Source of the DNA: Bdellovibrionales bacterium
GTDB lineage: Bacteria; Bdellovibrionota; Bdellovibrionia; Bdellovibrionales; JAUICD01
NCBI GenBank assembly: GCA_965262715.1
Contig: OZ253553.1
Coordinates: forward strand, 704,001-768,000
Direction: 5' to 3'
Length of the DNA: 64,000 nt
Shown here: piece by piece, positions 11,711 through 23,120 of the stretch
How positions within the stretch are numbered: the first letter of the stretch is position 1
Layout of the letters: every line of letters begins with the position of its first letter
The notes under the pieces: model-generated
Databases searched by the model: none
Told to the model about the DNA's origin: nothing
What the model saw: the letters and a program-made list of their open reading frames with translations, nothing else
Translations under genes and position numbers: made by a program

Positions 11711-12134
11711 GGCATACTCCTTTCATTATTTAAAGAATTGATTAGAGTATTCCTCTAACCCGCTTTAAATAACTATGCAAGGAGTTGCACTTGCAACTTG
11801 AATCCACCCTTTGTCAATATCGCAACTTGGGTTTCACAAAGATTTGACAAATGCTTTTATCAATAGATATATTGATATGGCAATTCAAATGCATCGTGAA
11901 ATAATGAGTAAGTTTGGAAATAACAAAGATGAGGGAGCTATTGAGGCTTATACAAATAGTAGGCGTGTAATGTTAGTATTTGTTAATAGATTGCAAGATA
12001 GTATAGACGGCGTTAAAGAAATTTATGCTGAGGAAAGAAACGGTCCTTAATGATGGCTTTACATAAACATATATAATAGCTTTTTCTAAGCTGCTTACAT
12101 CAGTGAACATTACTAGCTTTTTCTAAGGTTAGTT

Positions 12135-14531
12135 TTATGTTTTGTATATAGGTTCTATATATTTCCTTAATTCTGCTTTCCAATCATCTGAAGGACTAGG
12201 TTGCCATGCTTCTGGTTTTGAAAAATGTGGCATCAGTTTTTTTATCTTATTTAAAGTTGGGTGCTCAGGGGCAACTCCTCTATGAATATACATCATAGAG
12301 GACATGATAAAGTAATATCTTCCTATAAATAGGATAAACTCTTCTAAAATAACTTCTATTTCTTTTATTGTATGTACTTTAGGGTCATATTTTTCAGAAA
12401 AGCTTTTTATTTTACCTGCTAGGGTTATGATTTTTTCTTCAATAAACTCCTTAAAGTATTCAGTTAAGGTGTCAACTTGGATGTGCAACTGGTGTTCTTC
12501 AAGTTCATAAAAAAATTCTTTTAAGTTACTTTTAGATTTTGAAAGAACAATTAAGTTAAACAAGTTGAATAAAACATCTAGTCTTTCAGTCAATTTTTTT
12601 GAAGTCTCTGGAGGAGTTTCTTTGTTGAGTATTTTTTTAATGAGATATGAATGAGGTGTGATGAGGTATTGATTAAGGCAAGAAAGCCAAGGCTCTATTA
12701 AATGAAGAAGCGGACGATGTTCTTCCAAATGATTTTGAAATATCTTAAAACCTAGGCTGTATGAAGGTGTATCACTTTGTAGTTTAATTTCTCCTTTTTC
12801 CACCATCTCAGATCTTTTAATATCTTTATATATCTTCCAGTATTTGAAAATTTTCTGTTCTTGAAAGTTTTTTTCAAGTTTATCTTCAACATCGTAGGGG
12901 TTTGTTGAAGGTTTTATAAGAGGGACGATTCTATGAAAGCTAGAATTTTTTTGATCAAAAAGATAATAACCTAATCTTTCAAATTGGACAGGTTCTTTTT
13001 GAGGTTCTAAAATGGCACTTTGTTCAATTTTAGCTTCTGATATTGTAATAAGAGATTTTTTGTTCAAAAAACTTTTATGGTTTCCGCTTAAAAGCTCTTC
13101 ATTACCTTTCCACCAATAAAACAAATAGTCATAATGATGTGCTTGTATCTTATGAGATGTATTTTGACAGACCCAGTGGATAATAGGGGGTTTCTTTTTA
13201 GGTTCTAAACCTCTTTCTTGTGATGGAGGTTTTCCTCCTTTTGTCTCTTCATAATAAGAACATTCTACAACTCCATCTTTATTGATTTTATTATGTTTGA
13301 TAACATACCCATATTTTAAACGGACATGATCTCCTTCTTTATTGAATTTATTTTCAAAATCATTTTTTTCAATGAGGATGTCTTTGGAAAAAGGAATCTC
13401 TCTTTTACCAAGTTCTGGGTTTTTGGGGTGTTTTTTGGCTGTGAGCATTTCAGTTTTTTGATCATAATTGGTAATGGCGATTTTGACAGGATCCAATACA
13501 GCCAGAAGACGGGATGAAGTCACATCAAGCTCTTTTCGTGTAAGGTCTTCTAGGGTAGAGATACGTATTGTGGATTTATCTCTTGTAACGCCTATAAGAT
13601 CACATAGCTTACAAATGGCTGATTTAGGGTAGCCTCGATGTCGCATACCTTTTAATGTGGGTATACGTTGATCATCCCATCCTTTTACATCCTCATTTTT
13701 AACCATATCCAAGAGGTGACGTTTGCTTAAAATAGTATGGTCTAAATTTAGGCGATCAAATTCGAATTGTCTTGGAGGATTTGGAACTTCTAATTTTTCT
13801 AAAAACCAGTCATACAAAGGCCCATGGTCTGCGAATTCTAATGTACAAAGGGAATGTGTGATTTTCTCAATAGCATCTGATTGACCATGAGCAAAGTCAT
13901 AAGTCGGGTAAATGCTCCAAGTGTGACCTGTTCTGTGATGAGGAGCTTTTTTAATGATTCGATATAAGATAGGGTCGCGCAGGTTCATATTACCAGATGA
14001 CATATCTATCTTAGCGCGTAGAACCTTACTACCATCTTCAAATTTGCCATTTTTCATTTTTTCAAAGAGTTCTAGGTTTTCTTCAACACTTCTATTCTTA
14101 AAAGGGCTATTTTGGCCAGGGGTTGTAAAAGAGCCTCGCATTTTTTGAATATCTGAAGGACTGCTGTCATCGACAAAAGCCAAGTTTTTTTTAATCAAAA
14201 AAACAGCCCATTCATAAAGCTTTGGAAAATAATCAGAGGCATAGTAGAGGTGCTCTCCCCAATCAAAACCAAGCCATTTGATGTCTTCTTGAATAGCATT
14301 GAGGTACTCATCCTTAACTGTTTCAGGATTTGTATCATCAAACCGCAGATGACATTGTCCATTAAACTGTTTAGCCAGTCCAAAGTTTAAACAGATAGCT
14401 TTAGCATGGCCAATATGAAGGTAACCGTTAGGCTCTGGAGGAAAGCGTGTGACAACCTGAGGTGTCTTTCCTGAGGCGATGTCATCTTTAATGATTTTTT
14501 GAATAAAGTGATCTGGTTTTTCTTTATTCAT
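12135..14531 (-). CDS. glnS: Glutamine--tRNA ligase with a long C-terminal extension
   Basis: TRFPPEPNGYLHIGHAK, IYPTYDFAHGQSD, LSKR and QFERLGYY motifs. Confidence 0.93.
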   Translation of the reverse strand: MNKEKPDHFIQKIIKDDIASGKTPQVVTRFPPEPNGYLHIGHAKAICLNFGLAKQFNGQCHLRFDDTNPETVKDEYLNAIQEDIKWLGFDWGEHLYYASDYFPKLYEWAVFLIKKNLAFVDDSSPSDIQKMRGSFTTPGQNSPFKNRSVEENLELFEKMKNGKFEDGSKVLRAKIDMSSGNMNLRDPILYRIIKKAPHHRTGHTWSIYPTYDFAHGQSDAIEKITHSLCTLEFADHGPLYDWFLEKLEVPNPPRQFEFDRLNLDHTILSKRHLLDMVKNEDVKGWDDQRIPTLKGMRHRGYPKSAICKLCDLIGVTRDKSTIRISTLEDLTRKELDVTSSRLLAVLDPVKIAITNYDQKTEMLTAKKHPKNPELGKREIPFSKDILIEKNDFENKFNKEGDHVRLKYGYVIKHNKINKDGVVECSYYEETKGGKPPSQERGLEPKKKPPIIHWVCQNTSHKIQAHHYDYLFYWWKGNEELLSGNHKSFLNKKSLITISEAKIEQSAILEPQKEPVQFERLGYYLFDQKNSSFHRIVPLIKPSTNPYDVEDKLEKNFQEQKIFKYWKIYKDIKRSEMVEKGEIKLQSDTPSYSLGFKIFQNHLEEHRPLLHLIEPWLSCLNQYLITPHSYLIKKILNKETPPETSKKLTERLDVLFNLFNLIVLSKSKSNLKEFFYELEEHQLHIQVDTLTEYFKEFIEEKIITLAGKIKSFSEKYDPKVHTIKEIEVILEEFILFIGRYYFIMSSMMYIHRGVAPEHPTLNKIKKLMPHFSKPEAWQPSPSDDWKAELRKYIEPIYKT

Positions 14532-14555
14532 TTTTAATGGACCTAATTTTTTATA

Positions 14556-14630
14556 TGGCGACCCCTACGGGACTCGAACCCGTGTCCTCACCGTGAAAGG
14601 GTGATATCCTAACCACTAGACGAAGGGGTC
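14556..14630 (-). tRNA. tRNA-Glu(TTC)
   Basis: Reverse complement reads GACCCCTTCGTCTAGTGGTTAGGA...TCACC-CTTTCAC-GGTGA...GGTTCGAGTCC...GGGGTCGCCA. Confidence 0.97.
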
Positions 14631-14648
14631 TATTTTAATTTAAAAACT

Positions 14649-14888
14649 GTGGTAAGCGCTAAATCTTTACATGCAGAAAATGCGCTCAATCCACAGTTTG
14701 CAGCGAAATCATATATTTATATGACTTCTTTACCTATTTCTGAAGATATATTCAAACAGCAATACTTCAAAAACTACCTCTCAATAGGAGAAATTGCAAA
14801 GGAATTTTCATACTCAAAAACTAAAGTCAGAAATTTACTTCTAAAATGCAATATTCAATTAAGAAAAACTTCAAAACATCATCGTTAA
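14649..14888 (+). pseudogene. Possible HTH-containing gene remnant
   Basis: YLSIGEIAKEFSYSKTKVRNLL is HTH-like. Short, with no convincing start. Confidence 0.3.
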
Positions 14889-14896
14889 AAATAGTC

Positions 14897-14962
14897 AGGC
14901 TTGCCTCGAGAGGCTTGCCTTGAGAGGCTTGCCTTGAGAGGCTGGTCTATTTTTAGGGAAAC
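14897..14962. repeat. Three tandem 14-mers (AGGCTTGCCTYGAG) fused to the 3' end of the GNRA repeat family
   Basis: Seen directly. Related motifs at 8232, 9353, 33177 (reverse complement) and 54881. Confidence 0.75.
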
Positions 14963-15283
14963 TGATGGGTATTGTCGCAACGCACTTGAACTCTTTGAAG
15001 TGGATTAATTTTTGTTGTCAAAGCAAAGAATTTTAAAATTATGAATTATTTCGATAACTTATAACTATAAAAATCTTTTATGTATAAGTTTAAGAAGAAA
15101 AAACTTAAATAAGTCCTTGTTAATGGCTAAAGTTAGATTTTATAAAAGAAGTTAAGCTTTGGCTTTAAAGGGTTTAAGAAATTAGTTTTGCTTTAAAAAG
15201 CATAAGATATAAACAAGGGGTGATTTTTTGAAAGGATAGATTAGAAAAGACATTCAAGATACTTTAAAAAGAGGTATAGAAGG

Positions 15284-17500
15284 ATGAAGTTAATGATGAA
15301 CCTCAATCCAATCAAAATATATTTTCCGATTATCTTACTGACTTGTTATTTTATTATAATGACAAATTATGCATATTCTGAACAAGAGCAGGAACAAGCG
15401 CAAAATAATAATTTATACACAGAGATCCTTTTAGGGGATGAACAACTTCCTTTTATTTTATTAGGAAGAGAAGCTTTATCTAGCAATGATATTTTAGAAT
15501 GCTCTGCCAATCATAATCAAGACACTCATAGTATTTTGCAGGGGATTATTGAAATTGAAAATAATCCAGAGCAAATATCTACTACAAATGATGATAAATC
15601 AGAACAAGAACCTACAACAAGGTCATTTGATAATCTGTTATTAGGATTTCCATTTACAGCTTTAAATAAGCCTCTTTTAATTGGAGCTTCTTTGACTAAA
15701 TTTTCAGATCAGGATAATGCACATTACCAAACAAAACATTACAAAGATATATTTAGAGATCATAGATTTGCATTTTTAAATGCAAAAGAGATACAGGCTC
15801 ATCTTGCAGGCTCTGATGACGGCGGTTGTTTTTTGAACTTAGTTTTGTGTGATAACAGAGATGACTGCAAAGATAAAAATGATCAACTTGTATTTTATGC
15901 ACAGATACCTGTTCTTGGTATTTCTCAAAAACATCAAGCTGTGATTATTGATCCGGCTTTTCTAGGAAACTCTTTAAGTGATATAATAGATCTATTCAGA
16001 CCAAATAATAACTCTAGGTCAATGCGACAAGAAACTTTAATTCCTACGAAGGATCATCGATCATCTGTTGTAGATTTTTCTCAGTCAACCTTAATTTTTG
16101 ATGTGGTTTCAACACTTGATTGGGAGGAGCCTCCTCCTTTTGCTGAAATGACTTCACGTTGGTTTATAAGACCAGGATTAGATCAAGAGGATTTTATAAA
16201 TAGACCTCCTACTCAAAGGGTAGAATATTTCGTTGTAGATTCTTTTTTGCAGAATAAACCTGTTATTGTCACCAGAAATATCTCAAGAGATAAACCTGTG
16301 AAGTATTATGTTAAGAATATGCCTGAGGAATATCAAGATGCTGTTCGAGAAGGTTTTGAACATTGGAATTCTATTTCCATTAATTTGATGGGTTATCCTA
16401 TTGTTTCCTATACATTTATTCAAGGTGATTATGATGGTTAACAGGAAATTGTAACAGGAGATATAAGGTACAATGTTATAGAATGGGATTTTCAAGATAA
16501 ATATTCATACAATGGGAAATCTTTTTCTTTTTTTGATGAAAATGCAGGAAGACTTTTGTCAACTAATATCTTTCTACAAGGACCTAGGTTAATAGAGAAA
16601 TATTCAAGATGGTTTCAATATAGCGAGACAATCAGAGCGGGTGAAATTATTATAGATGATAATTTACCAGAGGCTTTAGAAAATGATGATTTAATCTCTT
16701 CAATTCTTATTCCTAATTTTCCACCTCACTTACAGGTTTTAACACTAGCGCCTCAAACAGAAACTTTTGAAAGTTATATGCAGGGTCTTATAAGAACATT
16801 GATTGCTCATGAAGTAGGACATAGCTTAGGTTTAAATCATTATTTAGGAGGGAATATTTTTGCGCAAGGTGAATATGCCAGCCATTCTGCCATGGATGAT
16901 CTTTCATTTCATACAAATCATAAACCATTTTCACAAGCTTATGATGAGAGGGCATTTGCTTATGGTTACTTAGATAGATTACCTGATAGCCAAGATATAC
17001 CTTGTCCTTTATATAATCCTTCAGATAATCAAGATCAATCTCCAGAATGCTCTCAAGATGATGAAACAGCCTTTCCACTTGAAAACTTCGCTATAAGATT
17101 AAGAGAGGTTCTTGATTTATTAACGAGTAGAAGGGATGACCAATCTTTTCCTTATCTTATGTGGAATCGTCAAGTTAATGAATACTTTTTAAGACTGACT
17201 TTTGGTCTCTTAGCTTATTATTCTTCTGCTGATACTCATTATGATAATCTTCAAAGTGTTTTAATAGAAGGTCGAAAGCCAGAAAATCCTCAAGAGGTAA
17301 AAGAGCTAGTTATGGATTATGTTTATCCCCTTGCTTGTGATACAAACTTAAACAGTCTTCTTCGAGAATACATTGGAAGCAATCCAGATGATAGTATTTT
17401 TGATGAGGCTCTTCAATTCAACGGTTATGCTTTTTTACACAGCCTACGAAGCGCAATTTTTAATGAGACAGATATAAAAATAATTTCATGTATTAACTAG
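15284..17500 (+). pseudogene. Secreted zinc-dependent metalloprotease (metzincin-like) with an in-frame TAA at 16439-16441
   Basis: Both ORFs share a frame. Read-through gives GDIRYNVIEWD. HEVGHSLGLNH motif. Confidence 0.85.
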
Positions 17501-17863
17501 GGCTATCAATTATTTTTCAGGAGATTTAACAGTTCAACAAATAGCCTATTTCTCCAGTGTTGAGTAGAAATTGTATTAACAGAGTCTTAAAAAAAATAAG
17601 ATTAGAGTTAGTTGATAATCTATTTACCATTTAAAAAAACTAGAAGCCATCTCAAAAATAAAATTTCATAGTATTTCAAAGATGAATTGATATACAGTCT
17701 TTTTTCTCAAAGGGCTTTATTGAAGTAGACCTATTTGGTCATAGGATTGGTAGTAATAAAACAAGCTGATAAGTCAAGAAAGTCCTTAAACTCAAATTAA
17801 AAGAATTTTGTTAAGATAAATATTTATGCCTTACTTTTATAAGGGTAATTTCTAAAAGGTGTT

Positions 17864-18940
17864 TTATCTGTGGAGTGAAGTCAGAGAATCAGCGCAAGAA
17901 TTAAATTGACGTCGTAAAAAGTTATATACAGTCGCAGTTAACTGTCTTCTATTAAAACCTGTACTAGCTTGCAAAGCCATTACTCTTCTTATTTGTCCTT
18001 GAGAAGAAGCTAGATCTAATGGTTTATTGCCGTTTTTATTTACTGCATCAAGATCTGCTCCTGCTCTTATTAGAGCTCTTATCGTTGATGCGTTACTATA
18101 CGGAGAGCCTGCTGCTACATGTAGAGGTGTATTACCATTAATTGGATTTCTTGTATTGACATCTGCTCCTTTATCTATCAAAAGCCTTACAGTTTTTACT
18201 CCTCCAAGAGCAGCAGCTATATGCAAAGGTTTATCGCCGTCTTTATTTACTGCTTCGAGGTCTGCTCCTGCATCTATTAGGGCTATTATTATTTCTTTTC
18301 GTTTTTTAAAAGGAGGAGGCTGTAATCGATAATCAAGTAGCTGTTGTGTGCTATAATTGTACTGAGATCTTGCTGCTATATGTAGAGGTGTATCATCAGC
18401 ATTATTTGTTGTATTGACATCTGCCTTTTTATCTATCAAAAGTCTTATAGCTTCTACTCGTCCATAAATAACAGCTATATGCAAAAGCTTATCACCTCTG
18501 TATTCATTTTCTACTTTCTCGAGATCTGCTCCTGCATCTATTAAAACTTTTACTATTTCTGAATACCCATTCACAACAGCCGCAAATAATGGTCTATTTT
18601 CCTTTCCATTAGGATTTACTTCTAATGCTATTAAAGCTCTTACTGTTTTTACAGCTCCATATTCAGAAGCTATACCTAATAATTCTTCACCATCTACATC
18701 TGAGTTTAATAAACGTCCCACCTCATTAGCAAGTAGTTCATCAATGATAGAGATGATAAAGGTATCTGGAGCCGAGCTGAGTAAACGGTTCAGTTCAGTT
18801 ATATTATTCTTGTTAATAGCATTAATAAAATCTTGTATAGAAGCTATACTATACGAGCCTATGATGACAGATAAAATAAGAATTACCGCTTTTAAATGAT
18901 TTATCATCTTTTTTTTTATAAATAAGAGAATAGCCTTCAT
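17864..18940 (-). CDS. Secreted ankyrin-repeat protein
   Basis: About 6 (T/K)PLHxAA...LIxxGAD repeats after a hydrophobic leader. Confidence 0.92.
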   Translation of the reverse strand: MKAILLFIKKKMINHLKAVILILSVIIGSYSIASIQDFINAINKNNITELNRLLSSAPDTFIISIIDELLANEVGRLLNSDVDGEELLGIASEYGAVKTVRALIALEVNPNGKENRPLFAAVVNGYSEIVKVLIDAGADLEKVENEYRGDKLLHIAVIYGRVEAIRLLIDKKADVNTTNNADDTPLHIAARSQYNYSTQQLLDYRLQPPPFKKRKEIIIALIDAGADLEAVNKDGDKPLHIAAALGGVKTVRLLIDKGADVNTRNPINGNTPLHVAAGSPYSNASTIRALIRAGADLDAVNKNGNKPLDLASSQGQIRRVMALQASTGFNRRQLTATVYNFLRRQFNSCADSLTSLHR

Positions 18941-19034
18941 ATTTTAATATTCCATATTTTAATATGGTGAGTAGTACTAGCATAAACTTAAAAATGTCAA
19001 TGAAGAATCAAGGCTTTGTAAATATTACAGGCTT

Positions 19035-19061
19035 CCTGAGTTTAGCAGTTGAAAAAATAAG
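19035..19061. mobile_element. Solo terminus related to the IS at 34833
   Basis: CCTGAGTTTAGCAGTTGAAAAAATAAG vs CCTGAGTTTGGCAGTTGAAAAAATAAA. Confidence 0.7.
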
Positions 19062-19399
19062 GTGACAAAACATTAAAATCATTAATTTTATAAGCTTTTT
19101 AAGCTAAGTGTTTATTATGAAATGATGAAGTGAACTTATACTTTAAAAAGGGTTAAAACAGTTTAAAGAAGGTTAAAAAAGGTGTATAAGGCTTTATTAA
19201 AAATAGACAATGATTTTAATGACTTATAAAATATTTCATCATGAATATCTATAAAGTTTAAGAAGATAGAGTAAAAAGTTTGCCACATACAAACTCGCTG
19301 GAGGTTACAGGATGCGTGTTTTCAGTTAGTTTTTTACTTAAACTTAAACATATTATGTAAACTCAAATCATAAGCGCGATATTTTGGATTTATAGATAG

Positions 19400-19459
19400 C
19401 GTAACTTCAAATCGCAAGTGCAACTCTTTTGTGTTTATAGATATTTTTAAAAGTTGTAT
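19400..19459. mobile_element. Solo IS30 terminus
   Basis: Matches 10472-10531. Confidence 0.85.
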
Positions 19460-19517
19460 TCGGGGTTTATTTTCATTATCATGATAGGGTCTTTGATAAA
19501 AATTCTAGAGGATTATT

Positions 19518-20477
19518 ATGAGAAATTTAAAATTAAGTATTGTGGCAGTGATTTTAGGTTTTATTATTACAGGGTGTAATTCAAATAGAGAGCAACCAGC
19601 TTTATCTGGAAATTGGAGTGCAGATGTAAGCAATGATGCTTTTATAGAATTTATAAATCAGCTTGATAGAGCTGCTAATGTTAATAATGAAGAAGAATTT
19701 TTTTTTGACGATGTCAACAGTGAAGTTAATGTAGAGGGCACAAACCGTATACTTTTGGTTCCTAACAAATATCTCAACATGAGTTCTGCGAGTCTACCTG
19801 AAACCTTAGCTATTCAATGGTTTTCTCGAAGACAAAATGATAGCAGTAAGAATTCTTTTATATCTTCATTGATTCGATGGATTACTTGGAAAAGAAACAC
19901 TGATAATGATATCCTTTTTGAAGGTAGGGATATTCATGTAGAAAGATCTTTAATTGCTGATATTAAGGCAGCAATTGCATCTCAATCTAACGAGATAACA
20001 CAATCGGTTTTAGATGCGAAGACGACTTCTGAAAACTTTTCTTTCACATTTACATTTCATCATTTTGACAATGGCTACTGGAAGTCGCCAATAGAGGAAG
20101 ATGGCGATAAATTTGATGAACGGAGGGTTGTTAAACTTCGAGGAGGAAAAGGTGAGTATTTATTTAGCCTTAAAAGTAATTTGAATGCTGGAGCAGAGCT
20201 TCCAGATAGAGTTCAAGTTATACAGGCTAGTATTAAAACTTTATCTGATAGATTTCAGGCAGCTTTATCTTTGCGAAAAACCCTAAGGTCTATTAGAGGT
20301 CTACCTGATAAATCAGAGGTTTATGCTGAACTTCTTATGGTCCCTAAATCTGTGATTGCAGAGATGAAAGGACCTCTTCTTCGTCGCATGGGAGGATTGA
20401 AGAGGGACGATAACGAATGGTTTTCTTTAGTTTCTATACATATTGCTCTTGAAATGTCTTCAACAGAGGTCAAATAG
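19518..20477 (+). CDS. Hypothetical lipoprotein
   Basis: GAGG RBS and lipobox ITGC. Confidence 0.75.
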   Translation: MRNLKLSIVAVILGFIITGCNSNREQPALSGNWSADVSNDAFIEFINQLDRAANVNNEEEFFFDDVNSEVNVEGTNRILLVPNKYLNMSSASLPETLAIQWFSRRQNDSSKNSFISSLIRWITWKRNTDNDILFEGRDIHVERSLIADIKAAIASQSNEITQSVLDAKTTSENFSFTFTFHHFDNGYWKSPIEEDGDKFDERRVVKLRGGKGEYLFSLKSNLNAGAELPDRVQVIQASIKTLSDRFQAALSLRKTLRSIRGLPDKSEVYAELLMVPKSVIAEMKGPLLRRMGGLKRDDNEWFSLVSIHIALEMSSTEVK

Positions 20478-20586
20478 GTCATTATTTTGACCTTCGAAAA
20501 GAGGTAACTGGGGTTTGGATATTGGAATATATTAAACTATATTTTATATAATTTATAGAGATCAGCTCTAAGTTGGCCCACTCTTT

Positions 20587-22593
20587 TTATTCATCTTTAT
20601 CCTTTTTCTCTTCTTCTTCACTATCAATAAAGTGGTGTCCGCCAAGTAGGTATAGGCCATTACCAAGTATATTTTTTAAAAACATTAATGAAAAATTTAC
20701 TGTTTTCTCTCCAATAAGAGATGCTTTCTTTTCCAACCAATTAGAAAAAGGATCAACCATATAGAGAAGTGCAACCCTAGTTGTTGTTAAGCTAATAAGC
20801 GAGCTAAATGTCACTTCAAAAAATGCAAGTCTATAATTTATATCATTAAAATCTTTGTTGTTTATTATATTCAAAATAACTTGTGTGCTTAACGAAATGC
20901 CAAATACAATTCTTGCTGTGCTTTGCATAACTTTTATATGTTCCATGGAGAAGAAGTTCCATTTACCTAGAGATTTGAATACAAATACGAATTCTGATAT
21001 AAAGGTGGTGGTAAATAAAAGCACGAATTCCTGATCCCACATTTCATGACATTCTCGTATATCCCACATTTCATCACATCTTTGGAAACGTTCGATAGTG
21101 TAAAGAGCAACTAAAGAAGCCATTGCTGCTGGAAGTGCTTTGATATCGAATATTTTTTCTTTTACTTCCGCTAAAATCTGCTGGGTACTTAATTTAGTAT
21201 TAGAAAATGACCTTATAGTTTTTGATAAATGATTTATACTAAGTGGCGGTGATTTTGTCGAACACATTAAAGCTGCAGCTCCAACTGATAATAAAAACTC
21301 TGAAAGACCAGGGTTGTTGTATAGATCATATTGCAAGTAACTATTTAAACCAAAGGTCGCGCCTTTTAAGAGTGCTTGTTTGAAGGACATCTTGTTTAGA
21401 ATATCTAGAATTGAAAACAAAGCAGCTATTGGTATGGCCACCAATGCACCTGTCCGGCATATTAAAAGCTTGCCAGCATCTATAGCTATATTACTTGAGA
21501 GATGAATGTTTGACTGATTGATCCATTCATCATAAGCAGTTAAAGCATTATTATCTTGTACATCCTTCAAGTGGTTTAAAGTTTGTTGTTGAATCACATC
21601 ATGAACAAATAAAGCTTTTATATCACCTCTGTAACGATTGACTCTATGTGGAATTTTTTTAAGTAACTGTGTGGCAGCTTGAGTGAGAAGAGGTTGTATC
21701 TCTGTATAAATATGATCTTCTGCACTTCTTATCTCTATTGAATTATCATGGAGTTGAGAGTTTATTAATGAGGAGTGATTTGTATATATCGTCATTATGA
21801 GGTCTTTTAAAGGTGAAGGATTTTTTCTATGATCTAAAACCTGTTCAAAGAGAATCATTGTCCATGGTTGCTTTGCAAAGATTTGGTTCTTGTCTTGCAT
21901 AATTTGTTTTATTTGTTGTGATAAAAACTGGAGAGTCTCATCATCCTCTGCTTCTGATATCTCTTCTTTGATTGTTTTTTCTCTTTGTTCAATCAAAGAA
22001 AATTCTATAGCAGTAGCTATCAATATGGCTGTCATTATTTGTCTTGTATCAGAAGAGCTTTGATTTAAAACTTGTTGTAAATAGTTATGATATCGTATGA
22101 CTCCTCTGTAGGGGCTGAGGTATTCCACTCCTTTTCTATAAAGATTTGGATGTATAATTTCAGAAGATATACGTTCAAAACTTGTATGTCCTGAGATGAG
22201 CGCTAAGTAAAATTCTGTCTCCATAATATTCACAAGCGCTTCTCTAAAAAAAGACAATTCCAATCTCTTATAAGGATCATTAGGATGAATAGATTTGATC
22301 ACCTGATAGTCTAAAAGAAAAATTTCTTTTAGAAAAACAGACTTCTGTTCTTCTCCAACTACAGTTATAGATTCTTCAGATCCAAGCTGTGGAGGAGCTT
22401 GTCTCTCAAGAGGGTTGCCAAGTGTCTTGACTTCAGGATTGCTTATTAGCCCTTCCATGAAGTCTTTAGACTCTAAGATATCTTCTTCAGAGGCATTGGT
22501 TACATCTGGATTTAGGCCAGTTGGTACATCTTCCTTTAAAATTGGTGATCTAGTTATTGAAGGATGAGGAGCTTGACAGGACGTATTAAGCAC
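20587..22593 (-). CDS. Hypothetical membrane protein/lipoprotein; true start possibly the out-of-frame ATG 22673
   Basis: 668-aa ORF with hydrophobic C-terminal segments. Confidence 0.65.
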   Translation of the reverse strand: MLNTSCQAPHPSITRSPILKEDVPTGLNPDVTNASEEDILESKDFMEGLISNPEVKTLGNPLERQAPPQLGSEESITVVGEEQKSVFLKEIFLLDYQVIKSIHPNDPYKRLELSFFREALVNIMETEFYLALISGHTSFERISSEIIHPNLYRKGVEYLSPYRGVIRYHNYLQQVLNQSSSDTRQIMTAILIATAIEFSLIEQREKTIKEEISEAEDDETLQFLSQQIKQIMQDKNQIFAKQPWTMILFEQVLDHRKNPSPLKDLIMTIYTNHSSLINSQLHDNSIEIRSAEDHIYTEIQPLLTQAATQLLKKIPHRVNRYRGDIKALFVHDVIQQQTLNHLKDVQDNNALTAYDEWINQSNIHLSSNIAIDAGKLLICRTGALVAIPIAALFSILDILNKMSFKQALLKGATFGLNSYLQYDLYNNPGLSEFLLSVGAAALMCSTKSPPLSINHLSKTIRSFSNTKLSTQQILAEVKEKIFDIKALPAAMASLVALYTIERFQRCDEMWDIRECHEMWDQEFVLLFTTTFISEFVFVFKSLGKWNFFSMEHIKVMQSTARIVFGISLSTQVILNIINNKDFNDINYRLAFFEVTFSSLISLTTTRVALLYMVDPFSNWLEKKASLIGEKTVNFSLMFLKNILGNGLYLLGGHHFIDSEEEEKKDKDE

Positions 22594-23120
22594 CAGATCG
22601 AAATATAAAGAACCATATACGCAACGGATTGAGTATTTAAATTTGATGTCATATATACTGCTTTCATGCTCATTTTAACCTCCTCAAAATCATTTTATTA
22701 TTTGATTTCTGGATTCATATAAATGAAACAGAATGTTCATTTCATAAAATAAAAAATGTAAAAAAATAAATTGAAAAACTAAAGATTACGCCAGCGTTGG
22801 CTGCGCTCATACGATAGAAAGGCAGAGCGGTGTTTGATTTTATTCCTAAGAAATTTAATATTTTTAGAAAAAACCATAATTGCAGATCCTTTATTGTTCT
22901 TAATAAGAGCTTTTTTTAAAACTCTAATCTACATATAGAGTATGTTTAATATAAAAAATTCCAAAAGTCAATAAAAGAATCGAAGATTAATTGGAGGAAT
23001 GTTTTTTTACTTGTTTTACAAAAATTATAAGATTAATTGTCGTTTAAAAAGCAAGTTAAAGGCAGATTACTAATCGTAAAAATTAACTTCTTAAAGTGTC
23101 ATGAACTGTGAAGTAAATAT

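Larger units (their letters stand above)
10472..11808 (-). mobile_element. IS30-family insertion sequence
   Basis: 28-bp imperfect IRs (CGTAACTTCAAATCGCAAGTGCAACTCT vs reverse complement GGTGGATTCAAGTTGCAAGTGCAACTCC). 3-bp TSD CTT. Confidence 0.92.
10351..12050 (+). pseudogene. Small secreted protein gene split by IS30 (10351-10471 + 11812-12050)
   Basis: MKFKLILLTFLFIFISQPVFA signal peptide. Excising the IS and one CTT gives in-frame ...DACYSLSISQLGFHK. Confidence 0.85.

Noticed and set aside
16439..16441. Stop-codon reassignment
   Set aside because: TAA terminates many conserved genes in this window.
18027..18332. Short ORFs overlapping long genes (e.g. 3837, 8543, 10955, 11351, 13326, 13954, 18027, 39511, 54121, 56402)
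   Set aside because: Shadow ORFs of well-supported genes.
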